Below the pieces are notes generated by a model. That model was not told the origin of the DNA. It ran no database searches and saw nothing but the letters and a program-made list of their open reading frames with translations. From Geopsychrobacteraceae bacterium (GTDB taxonomy: Bacteria; Desulfobacterota; Desulfuromonadia; Desulfuromonadales; Geopsychrobacteraceae), in the NCBI GenBank assembly GCA_963662315.1, contig OY759353.1, positions 1,760,001 through 1,824,000 on the forward strand: a stretch of DNA of 64,000 nucleotides, read 5' to 3'. Shown one piece after another: positions 9,400 to 19,410 of this stretch. The translations under genes were made by a program, and so were the position numbers. How positions within the stretch are numbered: the first letter of the stretch is position 1; the number at the start of each line of letters is the position of its first letter.

Positions 9400-9568
9400 C
9401 AACCTATTAATTTCTCAAAGAAAAACAGATGATTTAAAAGGATGAAAATTATTTTTTTATTGCAATTACCTTCAGAGCCTATAAACTGGCATGGTATAAA
9501 TCGCTGATAAAAGATCTATTTAGCCCTATTCTATTCCAAAAATCCCTTACTGTTGTTAATTTAGCGCT

Positions 9569-10270
9569 ATGAGTTTAGAAGCAATCAAGAGAAGTTCTGC
9601 TGTCAATCATGTTGTCGATCAGATCATGAAGGCAATCGATAAGAAGAACTATATTCCAGGTAGCAGGCTGCCATCGCAATCAGACTTGGCTGTCATGTTG
9701 GGAGTCGGTCGTTCCTCTATCAGAGAAGCCATAAATATCCTCATAGAAAAAGGATATCTGGAGACAGTTCACGGCAAAGGAACATTCATCAAGGCAGATT
9801 TCTCCAATACCACCCATCAAATTGCCAAACTATCCTCAGCCGTACAGGTAAGTTCCATTTATAATCTTATGGAAGCCCGCGCCCTGCTGGAGTGCAAATC
9901 TGCAGCACTTGCAGCCAAACGTGCCAAGCAGAGCGATTTGAAAAAGCTGGCTGAAATTGCCCAACTCGTTTCGGCTGACATTAGCGATTATGGCATATTC
10001 CTGGAGTGTGATATCCAGTTCCATACGACCATTGCTGAAGCTACTCATAATGAAGTTATATGCGAAATGACAAAACTCGTACTCGCCGAGCTCGCAGCAC
10101 ATCATGCCAAGCTCAACACGAAGGAATTAAGTGTTGCCTACAAGAAGGAATCCGTAGATACCGCCCTCAAAATCATTAAGGCGGTAGAAGATCACGATGA
10201 TGTTGCCGCAGCCAAGTGGATGGAACAGCATATTTCAGTGATTGAAAATGAATTAGGTCGCATTCTTTAA
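9569..10270 (+). CDS. GntR family (FadR subfamily) transcriptional regulator
   Basis: PGSRLPSQSDLAVMLGVGRSSIREA wHTH; FCD domain with EARALLE and DIQFH. Confidence 0.93.
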   Translation: MSLEAIKRSSAVNHVVDQIMKAIDKKNYIPGSRLPSQSDLAVMLGVGRSSIREAINILIEKGYLETVHGKGTFIKADFSNTTHQIAKLSSAVQVSSIYNLMEARALLECKSAALAAKRAKQSDLKKLAEIAQLVSADISDYGIFLECDIQFHTTIAEATHNEVICEMTKLVLAELAAHHAKLNTKELSVAYKKESVDTALKIIKAVEDHDDVAAAKWMEQHISVIENELGRIL

Positions 10271-10529
10271 CAACCAGAAGATCGTGGACTCATTATCTGA
10301 AAAGCACCCGTACAGAACCCTGCCGAAAACAGGTAGTAGATTTAGATAACCTGACATAGCCATAAACCATTCCCAAACGCAGTCAAAACATCCGTGTAGC
10401 TCTACACGTTATACTGCCAAGAATGACCAACCTCAAACATGATACACGCCGCAAGAAGCATATTCTGGCAACATGCCATCCTGAGCATTTTTCAGACAAA
10501 CACGCGACCGGGTTCTCATCCAAGCCGTC

Positions 10530-10770
10530 AGCAACATTTCAATACCATACGTATCAAAAAATATGCACACCGGACAAGGTCCTGTTTTTGAATGTATTTA
10601 TCGTCGACATCAAGAAGATATCCACGACTTATCCATAAGAGAAAAGGACTATTACAAAAGCACTACCCTTTTGAAGAAGTCGTTTTCTGCATTGCCGTCC
10701 TGGCTGCCGATGAAGCAGGGTGATAACTCCAGCGAGGACATTGATATCAATGGTGGATCACATATCGGCG
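10530..10770 (+). pseudogene. Decayed fragments: SDR oxidoreductase C-terminus, possibly also a TPP-dehydrogenase E1-alpha piece
   Basis: 10673-10770 reads EEVVFCIAVLAADEAG* and, after a frameshift, EDIDINGGSHI (SDR tail). The upstream MHTGQGPVFECIYR loosely resembles the E1-alpha GxGPxxxExxTYR motif. Confidence 0.4.
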
Positions 10771-10940
10771 AACCCTTCCCAGGTCGTATGAAATGAACGA
10801 GCCATTTTTCATCTGAAAATCGGCTCTTTTGCGTACAGGTTAAGAAACTGTAAAAACGCATTTTTTATCTCTACAGCACCTCGCGTAAGTGTTACATTTC
10901 TGCTTTAACTATCGATTCCCTTCTTCCAAAGTTTGACGAC

Positions 10941-12020
10941 ATGACTCACTCAACCTATTCAACCGCAGTCCGCTGGATTCTGCTGTTCGTTTTATCTTAC
11001 AGCTTTTTCTGGATTTTCCATTATTACCAACTGCCTGCGGCACTTCTACTGGGACCCATGATAGCAGCAATCGTGCTTTCGTCGCTCGCCATGACGGTGA
11101 GCATATCAAAGCCTCTTTTTTCCCTGTCGATGGCTTTTGTCGGGGTTATGATCGCCGGGCTGATGCCGGTAACAATTGTTTCCCAGGTTTCAGAGCATTG
11201 GCTGATTTTCTTAAGTGGCGCCCTGTTTACCATTGTTGTAGCAGCACTACTAGGCTGGTTATTGTCCAGATCTGAGATGTTCCCCGGCAACACAGCAATC
11301 TGGGGAACATCCCCCGGAGCCGCCATGGTAATGACCCTGATGTCGGAATCTTTCGGTGGCGATATCAGATTGGTCGCCCTGATGCAGTATTTACGGGTTG
11401 CCTGCTGCACCCTCTCAGTGACTTTGGTCGGGCACTATCTCGGCGCTGCGGCGGCCCATTCTACCGCCCCACAGTTGAACCTGTTCAAAATCACTTCCAC
11501 CCCAGACTTTTTGAAAACTACGGGCATCGTCCTGCTGTGTTTTGCAATTGTGCAGATACTCAAAAAACCGAGCATCTCCTTTATTCTGCCGATGGTGGTC
11601 GGCATTGTCATGAAAATGCTCGGCCTCACGGACATTGTTATCCCTGGCGTTATCCTAGCCATTGCGTACACCACTATCGGTTGGAATATAGGACTCCGCT
11701 TCACACGTTCCATACTTCATCACGCAGCCAAACTATTACCGCTGTTATTACTATCCATCGCCATGCTGTTAGCCGTTAACGCGGCCTTTGGCCTGGTCAT
11801 CGCCAAGTGGGCCGGAATCGATTACTTAACCGCATTTCTGGCGACCAGCCCCGGTGGTGCGGATTCGGTTTCGATTATCGCCGCATCTACTCCGGTTGAT
11901 GTCGGCTTTGTCGTCACCATGCAGGTCATCCGCTTTTTTATGGTCATTCTTTTAAGTCCGATGCTGGCCAGATGGTTGTCGCGGTCCAGACAGTTGAAGA
12001 AAAAAAGCAACAACAGATAA
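10941..12020 (+). CDS. AbrB family (AidB-regulator / ammonia-monooxygenase-like) membrane protein, two-repeat form
   Basis: LPAALLLGPM, TSPGAA, D.RLVALMQYLR, ATSPGG and VVTMQVIR; about 10 TM. Confidence 0.9.
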   Translation: MTHSTYSTAVRWILLFVLSYSFFWIFHYYQLPAALLLGPMIAAIVLSSLAMTVSISKPLFSLSMAFVGVMIAGLMPVTIVSQVSEHWLIFLSGALFTIVVAALLGWLLSRSEMFPGNTAIWGTSPGAAMVMTLMSESFGGDIRLVALMQYLRVACCTLSVTLVGHYLGAAAAHSTAPQLNLFKITSTPDFLKTTGIVLLCFAIVQILKKPSISFILPMVVGIVMKMLGLTDIVIPGVILAIAYTTIGWNIGLRFTRSILHHAAKLLPLLLLSIAMLLAVNAAFGLVIAKWAGIDYLTAFLATSPGGADSVSIIAASTPVDVGFVVTMQVIRFFMVILLSPMLARWLSRSRQLKKKSNNR

Positions 12021-12240
12021 GTTTGTTGCTTTTTTCGCTTCACACCTTTTTCAATCCATCCGTTTGCTATGGATCCTTCATTTATGGAAAGGCTACGCGT
12101 CATTGCATTCATTAAAACCATTAGCCCCCCCCCCCTTGCATAAGACGTCACCCTTGAACGGGCTCAGGAAGATAAGCGTTTGCCATATCACGTTGGTGGT
12201 GAGCTTGCTGAACCATGACTGAAACCACTGTCGAAAAGAG

Positions 12241-13335
12241 TCAATTATAACTTAATATTTCCACCCAGTTCGCCCCCCTTCCACACGGATACAAGCCAAC
12301 CGCACAAAGGATTCCATCTGAACCTATCCGATAAACAGCAACATGATCCGCTCTCTCCCCAGTGACCACCACAAACTGTCCTGACACGTCGATAGCAAAC
12401 CCTCTGGGTTGCAAAACGGTTGGAATAATTCCGAGTAATTTGAGCCGACCGCTACCCTTATCAACTTTAAATACGCTTAAGGTACTACCCGTTCGTTCCG
12501 AAATATAGAGAAATTCACCATTGGGAGTCAGGTGAATATCTGCCGCAGAAATGGCATTAGTAGCTTTTGCAACCGCAGGTTTACCTAGAGCCTTGGGCTG
12601 CTGTGCCTTACCAGGAATCAGACCGCTGTCTTCAGTTAAACCGTCGACTGCATCGATTATCGTCAGCAGTCCGGTTTCGGGATCCAGAACCAGAACATAA
12701 ACCTTGGCCAGGAATTCACTCAAAACATAGACAAAACGATTATCAGGTGAAATAGCGAAGTGCCTTGGCCCAGCGATTTCGTCCAGTTGGACCGCAGGAG
12801 GGTTATTTGCCTTCAACTCTCCGGACTGGTGGTTAAAAATAAACTGCAGAATCTGATCGGTTCCAAGACAAGGCACGAACAAAAACCTGTTGCTGAGATC
12901 AACAGCGATACTATGTGGGTTGGCAGGGGTATTGACAAGCAGAAGCTGTTCACCGACCTTGCCATTTGGATCTATAGTGTTAACCGCAATAATATTTCCG
13001 CCATAGGACGCCGAAAAAAGAAATTTACCACTCCGATCTAAAGAGATATAAGGCACACTGTCCGGCAGATTTTGGCTAGCAACCAGCTCTAACTCACCGG
13101 ACTCTGTATCAATGGCATAGGTTAAAACCGGAAAAGGCTGCGCGCGAGAGGCGGCATAAAGCATTCTTCCATCACCACTGGTCGCCATAGGCATTATAAA
13201 TTCAGCGGCTATGACCGTACCTTGTGCCTGAAGTTCTCCACCTGCAAGCATCCTGTAAATTGAGATAGTCCCATCTTCAGCATTGGATACATATACGAAA
13301 GTGCGAGAACCGATGTAGGAGAGATCGGGATTCAT
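12241..13335 (-). CDS. Lactonase family beta-propeller (6-phosphogluconolactonase Pgl/YbhE-like)
   Basis: FVYVSNAEDG, ASYGG, PHSI, GPRH, AADIHLTPNG, PRGF and GANWV. Start uncertain. Confidence 0.88.
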   Translation of the reverse strand: MNPDLSYIGSRTFVYVSNAEDGTISIYRMLAGGELQAQGTVIAAEFIMPMATSGDGRMLYAASRAQPFPVLTYAIDTESGELELVASQNLPDSVPYISLDRSGKFLFSASYGGNIIAVNTIDPNGKVGEQLLLVNTPANPHSIAVDLSNRFLFVPCLGTDQILQFIFNHQSGELKANNPPAVQLDEIAGPRHFAISPDNRFVYVLSEFLAKVYVLVLDPETGLLTIIDAVDGLTEDSGLIPGKAQQPKALGKPAVAKATNAISAADIHLTPNGEFLYISERTGSTLSVFKVDKGSGRLKLLGIIPTVLQPRGFAIDVSGQFVVVTGERADHVAVYRIGSDGILCAVGLYPCGRGANWVEILSYN

Positions 13336-13445
13336 GGCAGTTATCTTTCGGAAAAAGAGAAAAATCGCAGGCCAGAGAATAAAGATAAAGAAACCAAACA
13401 CTGATAACCAAAATAATCATTCAGATACTTGAAACCAGCAGCAAT

Positions 13446-13495
13446 AAAAAACTCCCCTTCGGCAATAAAATTCTACTGATCACACGAAGGGGAGT
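13446..13495 (-). terminator. Intrinsic terminator-like hairpin after tctA
   Basis: ACTCCCCTTCG pairs with CGAAGGGGAGT; U-tract on the minus strand. Confidence 0.5.
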
Positions 13496-13532
13496 GGTTT
13501 TGTACGTTAGGACTTAAGAGGTGTGGTAAAAG

Positions 13533-15041
13533 TTAGCAGCCCCTCTTCTGTTTCTTAATCGTTGATCTGACCGCCCAGAACAGCACCAGAAACGATCCAG
13601 CCACAAAGACCGCAGCAATTGGCCTTTGTACGAAGATCAGCAGACTTCCGTGCGATGCCAATAAGGACTGGCGTAATGCCTCTTCAAAACCCTTACCAAT
13701 TACAAATCCGATCAGCAACGGTGGCAAAGGAACATTAAGCAGCCTCAAGCCATAACCAATTACGCCAAAAACCGCCATAATAGCAACATCGGCAACACTG
13801 TTGCTAATAGAATAGGACCCGATGACGCAGGTGACGAGAACCGTAGAGAAGATCAGGGATCTCTTGAGCGTCAGGACCTTAACTGCGTAACGCAGGAAAA
13901 TACGCCCGATAATCAGCGCCGGAATGGATGAAATAATCAGCCCGACCAGAAATGCGTAAACTTCAACACCGTTATCACGAAAGACAAAGGGACCTGGAGT
14001 TATGCCCTGCAGCATAAGAGCACCAAGAATAATCGCGGTAACAGCATCCCCTGGAATACCCAAAGACAACATAGGAATCAGCGCACCACCGGTGACGGCG
14101 TTGTTAGCGGTTTCCGGTGCGGCGATCCCCTCAGAAATACCGGTACCGAACTTTTCGGGATGTGCTGAGCGCTGCTTGGCAAAAGCGTAACTTAAAAAAG
14201 CAGGAGTTGTCGAACCGATACCTGGCAGAATCCCAAAACTCAGGCCGATGATGGCCGAATACAGGATCGTGCCACGCATACGCCACATTTCAAGAAAAGA
14301 GACATGATTGTCAGCTTTTTGTATCTCGGCCTGGGCCTTAGTCTGCTCTTTAAGTAGCAGGGTCTGTTCAGGCTGACCAACCTGAATAAGAAGTTCGGAT
14401 ATAGCAAACAGCCCGATCAGTACAGGCACCAAGCCAAGGCCACTTTCGAGTTCCGGAATTTCCATGGTAAAGCGAAAGGTTCCCCAGACCGGATCCAGCC
14501 CGACGGTACTCATCAGCAGACCGAATAAACCGGCGAGAATACCTTTAATCATCGATTCTTCGCCAACACCTGAGATAACCGTCAACGCCAGCAACAACAG
14601 CGCCGCGAGTTCCGGCGGACCAAACCGTAAAGCAATCGACGCCAGAGGGGCGGCAACCAGAATAAGAACCAGACAACTGAACACATTGCCTATGGTACTT
14701 GAATACAGAGCCAGTTTAAGCGCCTTGCCACTCTGTCCCTTCTGAGTCATGGGAAACCCATCAAAAACTGTGGCCGCAGCAGCCGGAACTCCAGGGATAT
14801 TAAACAATACAGCGGAGATAGACCCACCATAGATCCCTGCCTGGTAAACACCAAGAAGCAGCATCATAGCCGGAACTGTTGGCAACACAAAAGTAACAGG
14901 GATGAGAACTGCAATGGCGATAGCCGGCCCCAATCCCGGGATGGCGCCAACGACAGTTCCGATAATGATTCCGACAATATTTGCGACCAGAACCCACCAG
15001 TCAAGCAGCAGGTTGATCCCTGCAAAAAAATCTGTAAACAT
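13533..15041 (-). CDS. tctA: Tripartite tricarboxylate transporter large permease (set 1)
   Basis: GAIPGLG, YGGSISAVLFNIPG, FDGFPM, ETANNA and LGIPG. Confidence 0.95.
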   Translation of the reverse strand: MFTDFFAGINLLLDWWVLVANIVGIIIGTVVGAIPGLGPAIAIAVLIPVTFVLPTVPAMMLLLGVYQAGIYGGSISAVLFNIPGVPAAAATVFDGFPMTQKGQSGKALKLALYSSTIGNVFSCLVLILVAAPLASIALRFGPPELAALLLLALTVISGVGEESMIKGILAGLFGLLMSTVGLDPVWGTFRFTMEIPELESGLGLVPVLIGLFAISELLIQVGQPEQTLLLKEQTKAQAEIQKADNHVSFLEMWRMRGTILYSAIIGLSFGILPGIGSTTPAFLSYAFAKQRSAHPEKFGTGISEGIAAPETANNAVTGGALIPMLSLGIPGDAVTAIILGALMLQGITPGPFVFRDNGVEVYAFLVGLIISSIPALIIGRIFLRYAVKVLTLKRSLIFSTVLVTCVIGSYSISNSVADVAIMAVFGVIGYGLRLLNVPLPPLLIGFVIGKGFEEALRQSLLASHGSLLIFVQRPIAAVFVAGSFLVLFWAVRSTIKKQKRGC

Positions 15042-15271
15042 CTACTACTCCATAATAACTATAATCTGGTTGCCATGCGTAAACTCCGAATGACAACCAG
15101 GGTAAGTTTTCAGACGGGAAAAGAGCATTTTTTCGATATGCTTGGAAAAGCAAGAACTTGAGCACAGGCGTAGTACTTTACCCCGCACAAATAAGTCCGC
15201 TGATTGACGCCGCCACAGCGAAAATAGACCCTTTCCTGATGAAAACTGACCAAAGACATTCTCGTTCGGGT

Positions 15272-15808
15272 TTATGGCATCGGAATATGTAACAATTTCA
15301 CGGCGAAAACCCATACAATAGCCGGCACAAGAACAGTCGTCAGCCCAATAACCCACCAGCGGCGTTCGCCAAAGATAAGCATGATCGACACCACGGCAAC
15401 CATTGAGGATGGAATAAAACCAATCCAGATCAGCAGAAAAAAGTAGATGGCGATGATGCCAATGGTGGCAAGAGGGGCCCACTGATAAAAGCAGGAGGGC
15501 TGTTCAGGGCTATCTGCCACATCAATTGGTGCCTCGTCTCCAACCACGGACAGATCGTCCTCACCAGGAGCACTTGCTTTAATATGCCGCTTCTGAATAT
15601 AGGCCAGAAGAAGCATAAGAAGAGCAAAAAAGGTAATAGCGCCGCAGATGACTTTTGGCAGAAAGCGGGGACTAATTTGACCTGGTGGAACAAAACTGAC
15701 TGGCACCAGTGCCGGAATAATAAATGCCAGCATTAAAAGGCCAAACACAGAAAACAGAACACCAGACAACAGATCTTTTCTGGCGGGGGTCATGATTTTT
15801 TTACGCAT
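15272..15808 (-). CDS. tctB: TTT small permease (set 1)
   Basis: Four TM segments, PRFLP, IGF and C-terminal LHIPMP. Confidence 0.85.
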   Translation of the reverse strand: MRKKIMTPARKDLLSGVLFSVFGLLMLAFIIPALVPVSFVPPGQISPRFLPKVICGAITFFALLMLLLAYIQKRHIKASAPGEDDLSVVGDEAPIDVADSPEQPSCFYQWAPLATIGIIAIYFFLLIWIGFIPSSMVAVVSIMLIFGERRWWVIGLTTVLVPAIVWVFAVKLLHIPMP

Positions 15809-15863
15809 ATAAAACCTTTACAGCTTCAATCTGAACTAAAAAATGAGTCTTCACTTCTTGAAC

Positions 15864-15913
15864 AAAAGAGGATATGACAACCAGCTGTGAACCCCCTCGG
15901 TTATCATATCCTC
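15864..15913 (-). terminator. Stem-loop after tctC
   Basis: GAGGATATGACAACC pairs with GGTTATCATATCCTC. Confidence 0.5.
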
Positions 15914-15959
15914 AATGAGCGTTTACCTATAATTGAAGTTCAATATTTATAGAGAGACA

Positions 15960-16916
15960 TTACTCAGCCAGTTTAAGTTCTTTGATAGCTTTCCCATAGC
16001 GGGCATAATTCTTCTTCAAGACCTTGCCAAAATCCTCAGAATTCATAATCTCAATCGGCAAGTTTGCTTTAGCCATAAACTGTTTGAATTCATCCGCACC
16101 AGCAGCTTTAATAAAAGCTTTTTCCAGTTTTGCAATAACCTCACCAGGGGTTTTGGCCGGAGCAGCCAAACCAACAACCGAGACAAACGCCCAATCATAA
16201 CCCAATTCACCAATAGTTGGAATTTCAGGATTTTCGACATCTTTGGTTTCATCAAGAACCGCAAGAACGCGTACGCTACCAGCCTTTATGTGATCCGAAT
16301 AAGCCGGAACCAGGGCGAAGTTAACATGCCCCCCCAAAACAGCTGCAGTAGCGGCAGCGCTCCCCTTAAAAGGAAGATGGGTAAATTGGGCACCAGTCAG
16401 TTTTTCCATATAAAGCATACTGATGTGGGCTCCTGCAAAAGTCCCGGCGGTGCCATAGGTCAAGGTACCTGGATTCTTTTTGCCATAGTCAATCAGATCT
16501 TTGAATGAATGAAATTCAGAGGAACTTGGCACGACCACGCCATGGTGCGGTCCCGAATAGTTCATGATGGGCGCAAAGTCTTCGACCGGATTGTAAGAAA
16601 CCTTGCGCAGATGGGGTGTAATAAAATAAGGAGAAGAGGTAATGGCAATCAAAGTATAGCCATCTGGAGCCGCCTTGGCCACAGCGGCAAGTCCGATAGT
16701 ACCGGATCCGCCAGGTTTATTTTCAACAACGACAGGTTGTCCAAGGTCCTTTTCGGCAATAGATGCCAGCATTCTGACTGCAATATCCGTCGTCCCACCA
16801 GCACCGTAAGGGATTATAACCTTAATGGGCCGATCAGGATATTCAGCAAAAGCAATCTGTCCGGTGATGCAAGATAAAACCACTACCGCAAAGCACAATT
16901 GTAATAACTTTTTCAT
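15960..16916 (-). CDS. tctC: TTT substrate-binding protein (Bug/TctC, set 1)
   Basis: YPDRPI..IIPYGAGGTTD, ENKPGGSG, PDGYT and PFKG. Confidence 0.95.
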   Translation of the reverse strand: MKKLLQLCFAVVVLSCITGQIAFAEYPDRPIKVIIPYGAGGTTDIAVRMLASIAEKDLGQPVVVENKPGGSGTIGLAAVAKAAPDGYTLIAITSSPYFITPHLRKVSYNPVEDFAPIMNYSGPHHGVVVPSSSEFHSFKDLIDYGKKNPGTLTYGTAGTFAGAHISMLYMEKLTGAQFTHLPFKGSAAATAAVLGGHVNFALVPAYSDHIKAGSVRVLAVLDETKDVENPEIPTIGELGYDWAFVSVVGLAAPAKTPGEVIAKLEKAFIKAAGADEFKQFMAKANLPIEIMNSEDFGKVLKKNYARYGKAIKELKLAE

Positions 16917-17290
16917 GACCTATCTCCTCGTAAGCTTGCAATTAAAAACACTACCCAAACGCAAAAAAAGAAACAGCGTTTCCAAACAATTTCCCCATTA
17001 TACAATTACTAAGATCTTAACGAGTAGCGATTTTTTTTAAACTAATCTTTAGAAATTCTAAATTTAATGCCTGTTTTTTGCTTTATTTTAATTATCTGCC
17101 TTAGAGTGATACACTTACATATGTTATCAGGAGGGTTCATCAGGAGCACCAAAAAAAATATTTTTAGAAACCCTTTATGTAAAGTCAATTTATATAACTT
17201 TGCAGACAAAAATATTGGAGATATCATCATTATACACAATGAACAACATTATGACAGTTCACATACTTTTAAAGATAAGGTGCAGATACG

Positions 17291-18145
17291 ATGTTCATTT
17301 CAGAAGAAACCCATGAATTGATCAATGGTGCGATAGATATTCACATGCATGGCAGTCCTGATATCGTTCCCAGAATCGCAACAGACTTACAATTGGCACG
17401 TCAGGCCGCAGAAGTCGGCATGAAAGCGATTATGGTAAAAAGTCACGTCACACCGACCGCCACCAGAGCTCAGCTAGTCCAGGAAGCCCTGGCAGATTCA
17501 ATCCAGGTGTATGGTGGCTTAACACTGAACGCCCCAGCTGGAGGACTCAATCCACATGCCGTAGAAGCAGAACTCAAACTCGGTGCAAAACAGATCTGGA
17601 TGCCGACCATTTCAGCTGAAAACCAAGCCCGCCTAGGGGGACATGGCGGAAAAAACTCAGTCCCAGTCTTTGATGATAACAATAAGATTCTTCCCCAGGC
17701 TCATGACATTCTTGACCTTATAGCCAAGTATGATGCCATCCTCGGTACCGGACACTTATCTGCTGCTGAGTGCAGCAACTTAGTACCCATTGCCAAGCAG
17801 CACGGGGTCAGAAAAATCATCATCACTCATCCAGAATCGCGCCTGATCGAGATGCCTATCGATATGCAGCAGAAACTGGCCAAACAAGGCGTATTTTTTG
17901 AGCGATGTTTTTATCGAGTCGCCATCGCTCCCCCGGCAAATATCACGCCCGAATTATTCCTGCAACAGATCCAGTCAACGGGAGCTGAACAGACAATAAT
18001 TTCAACTGATTTTGGCCAAACATTCAATGACACCCCGGTTCGGGGGTTACAGAAATGTATTCAGACGCTGCTCAACCTGAACGTAGCGGCAAAGGAAATT
18101 TCGTTGATGATCAAAAGCAACCCAGCATCCCTGCTGGGAATCTGA
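17291..18145 (+). CDS. Amidohydrolase-fold metalloprotein (DUF6282-like)
   Basis: DIHMHGSPD (HxH), KSH, WMPT, TGHLS, THP and STDFGQ metal-ligand pattern. Confidence 0.75.
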   Translation: MFISEETHELINGAIDIHMHGSPDIVPRIATDLQLARQAAEVGMKAIMVKSHVTPTATRAQLVQEALADSIQVYGGLTLNAPAGGLNPHAVEAELKLGAKQIWMPTISAENQARLGGHGGKNSVPVFDDNNKILPQAHDILDLIAKYDAILGTGHLSAAECSNLVPIAKQHGVRKIIITHPESRLIEMPIDMQQKLAKQGVFFERCFYRVAIAPPANITPELFLQQIQSTGAEQTIISTDFGQTFNDTPVRGLQKCIQTLLNLNVAAKEISLMIKSNPASLLGI

Positions 18146-18291
18146 TTTAATTTATTCCTGCTTCCTGAGATCGGGCACCCGTAATAATACAAAGCATGAA
18201 AAGATCAGGACAATAGTAGCATTCAGGGCAAGTAGAGATTTCAGCACGAGGATGTGACCTGCCTGAATGAAATGAGAAAATGTAAGAACGA

Positions 18292-18327
18292 CAAAGGCAA
18301 CCCCGCAATTAATCAGGGTTGCCTTTG
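18292..18327. terminator. Probable bidirectional terminator
   Basis: CAAAGGCAACCC pairs with GGGTTGCCTTTG, between convergent genes. Confidence 0.6.
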
Positions 18328-18414
18328 ATTGTCTGAAAACAAAAGGAGACGCTTGAAAAATCTCCAGCGGCCCTTCGACGAACTCAGGGCCATCAGCTTA
18401 AATGCCAGGAAAGA

Positions 18415-19410
18415 TTATTTGGAATATTCACTCAGTTCTTTCTTATTGGCAATACGTGAGGGATTGATCCCTTTACCCTCAACCACCTCAATGATCCCGC
18501 GGACCGCGTCTGACCCGACTCGCGCACCAGCTTCAACGGTCACACCACCAACATGCGGGGTGATAACGACATTGCCCAACTTAAATAAAGGATTATCCTG
18601 AGCTGGCGGCTCGGTGGCAAAAGTGTCAAGTCCGGCAGCGCGGATTTGACCCGTCCGCAGAGCTTCTTCGAGAGCGACCTCATCGATCAATCCACCTCGC
18701 GCAGTATTTACCAGTACAGCGGTCGGTTTCATCAGTTTGAGACGCTTTGCATTGATCAGCTGGTGAGTCTCAGGCATCAGTGGACAGTGGAGACTGACCA
18801 CATCAGAAATTTCAAGAATAGACTCTATATCGTTCGCCCTGATGACTCCCATGCTGTCGAGATCGGCATCAGCAACAAAAGGATCGAAAGCATGCACCGT
18901 CATTTCAAGGCCTGCCGCTAGCTTTCCCATGTGTCTGGCGATAGCACCAAACCCGATCAGGCCAAGGGTCTTGCCTGATAATTCGGTTCCCAAAAAGTTA
19001 GCTTTGATCCATTTGCCATCTCTGATAGACGTATCGAGCATCAACATCTGTTTCATAGCCATCAGCATCAGCGTGATACCATGTTCCGCAACAGACTTGG
19101 CGTTAGCCCCGACAGCGTTGATGACCATGACATCATTCTTTGCGGCAGCGACCAGATCAATATTATCAACCCCTACACCATGCTTGGAAACAACTCTGAG
19201 CGATGGTCCTGCGTTGATAACTTCTTCAGTAATGAACCCGGTGCGGTGCACAATACCGCATGGATCATGCATTGCCACGGTCTTGGCGAGCTCAGCCGGT
19301 TCAGTATAGGCGGGTGAATATATGGCTTCATAGCCATGCTCCGCCATAATCGCCGTCGCATCCGGGTGCAATTCTGCCCCAGTAATTAAGATTTTTTTAT
19401 TATCACTCAC
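18415..19410 (-). CDS. D-isomer-specific 2-hydroxyacid dehydrogenase (SerA-like, no ACT domain)
   Basis: KHGVGVDNID, GFGAIA, SLHCPL, NTARG and TPHVGG. Overlaps the upstream RraA stop. Confidence 0.92.
   Translation of the reverse strand: MSDNKKILITGAELHPDATAIMAEHGYEAIYSPAYTEPAELAKTVAMHDPCGIVHRTGFITEEVINAGPSLRVVSKHGVGVDNIDLVAAAKNDVMVINAVGANAKSVAEHGITLMLMAMKQMLMLDTSIRDGKWIKANFLGTELSGKTLGLIGFGAIARHMGKLAAGLEMTVHAFDPFVADADLDSMGVIRANDIESILEISDVVSLHCPLMPETHQLINAKRLKLMKPTAVLVNTARGGLIDEVALEEALRTGQIRAAGLDTFATEPPAQDNPLFKLGNVVITPHVGGVTVEAGARVGSDAVRGIIEVVEGKGINPSRIANKKELSEYSK

Noticed and set aside
1..10270. Glycyl-radical microcompartment locus
   Set aside because: No BMC shell genes in the window.
10941..12020. 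Ammonia monooxygenase or Bacillus AbrB-type DNA-binding regulator
   Set aside because: These are family-name artefacts; this is a polytopic membrane protein with no amoCAB context or DNA-binding domain.
18415..19410. Housekeeping serA
   Set aside because: No regulatory ACT domain, and it is coupled to the RraA gene in a catabolic cluster.
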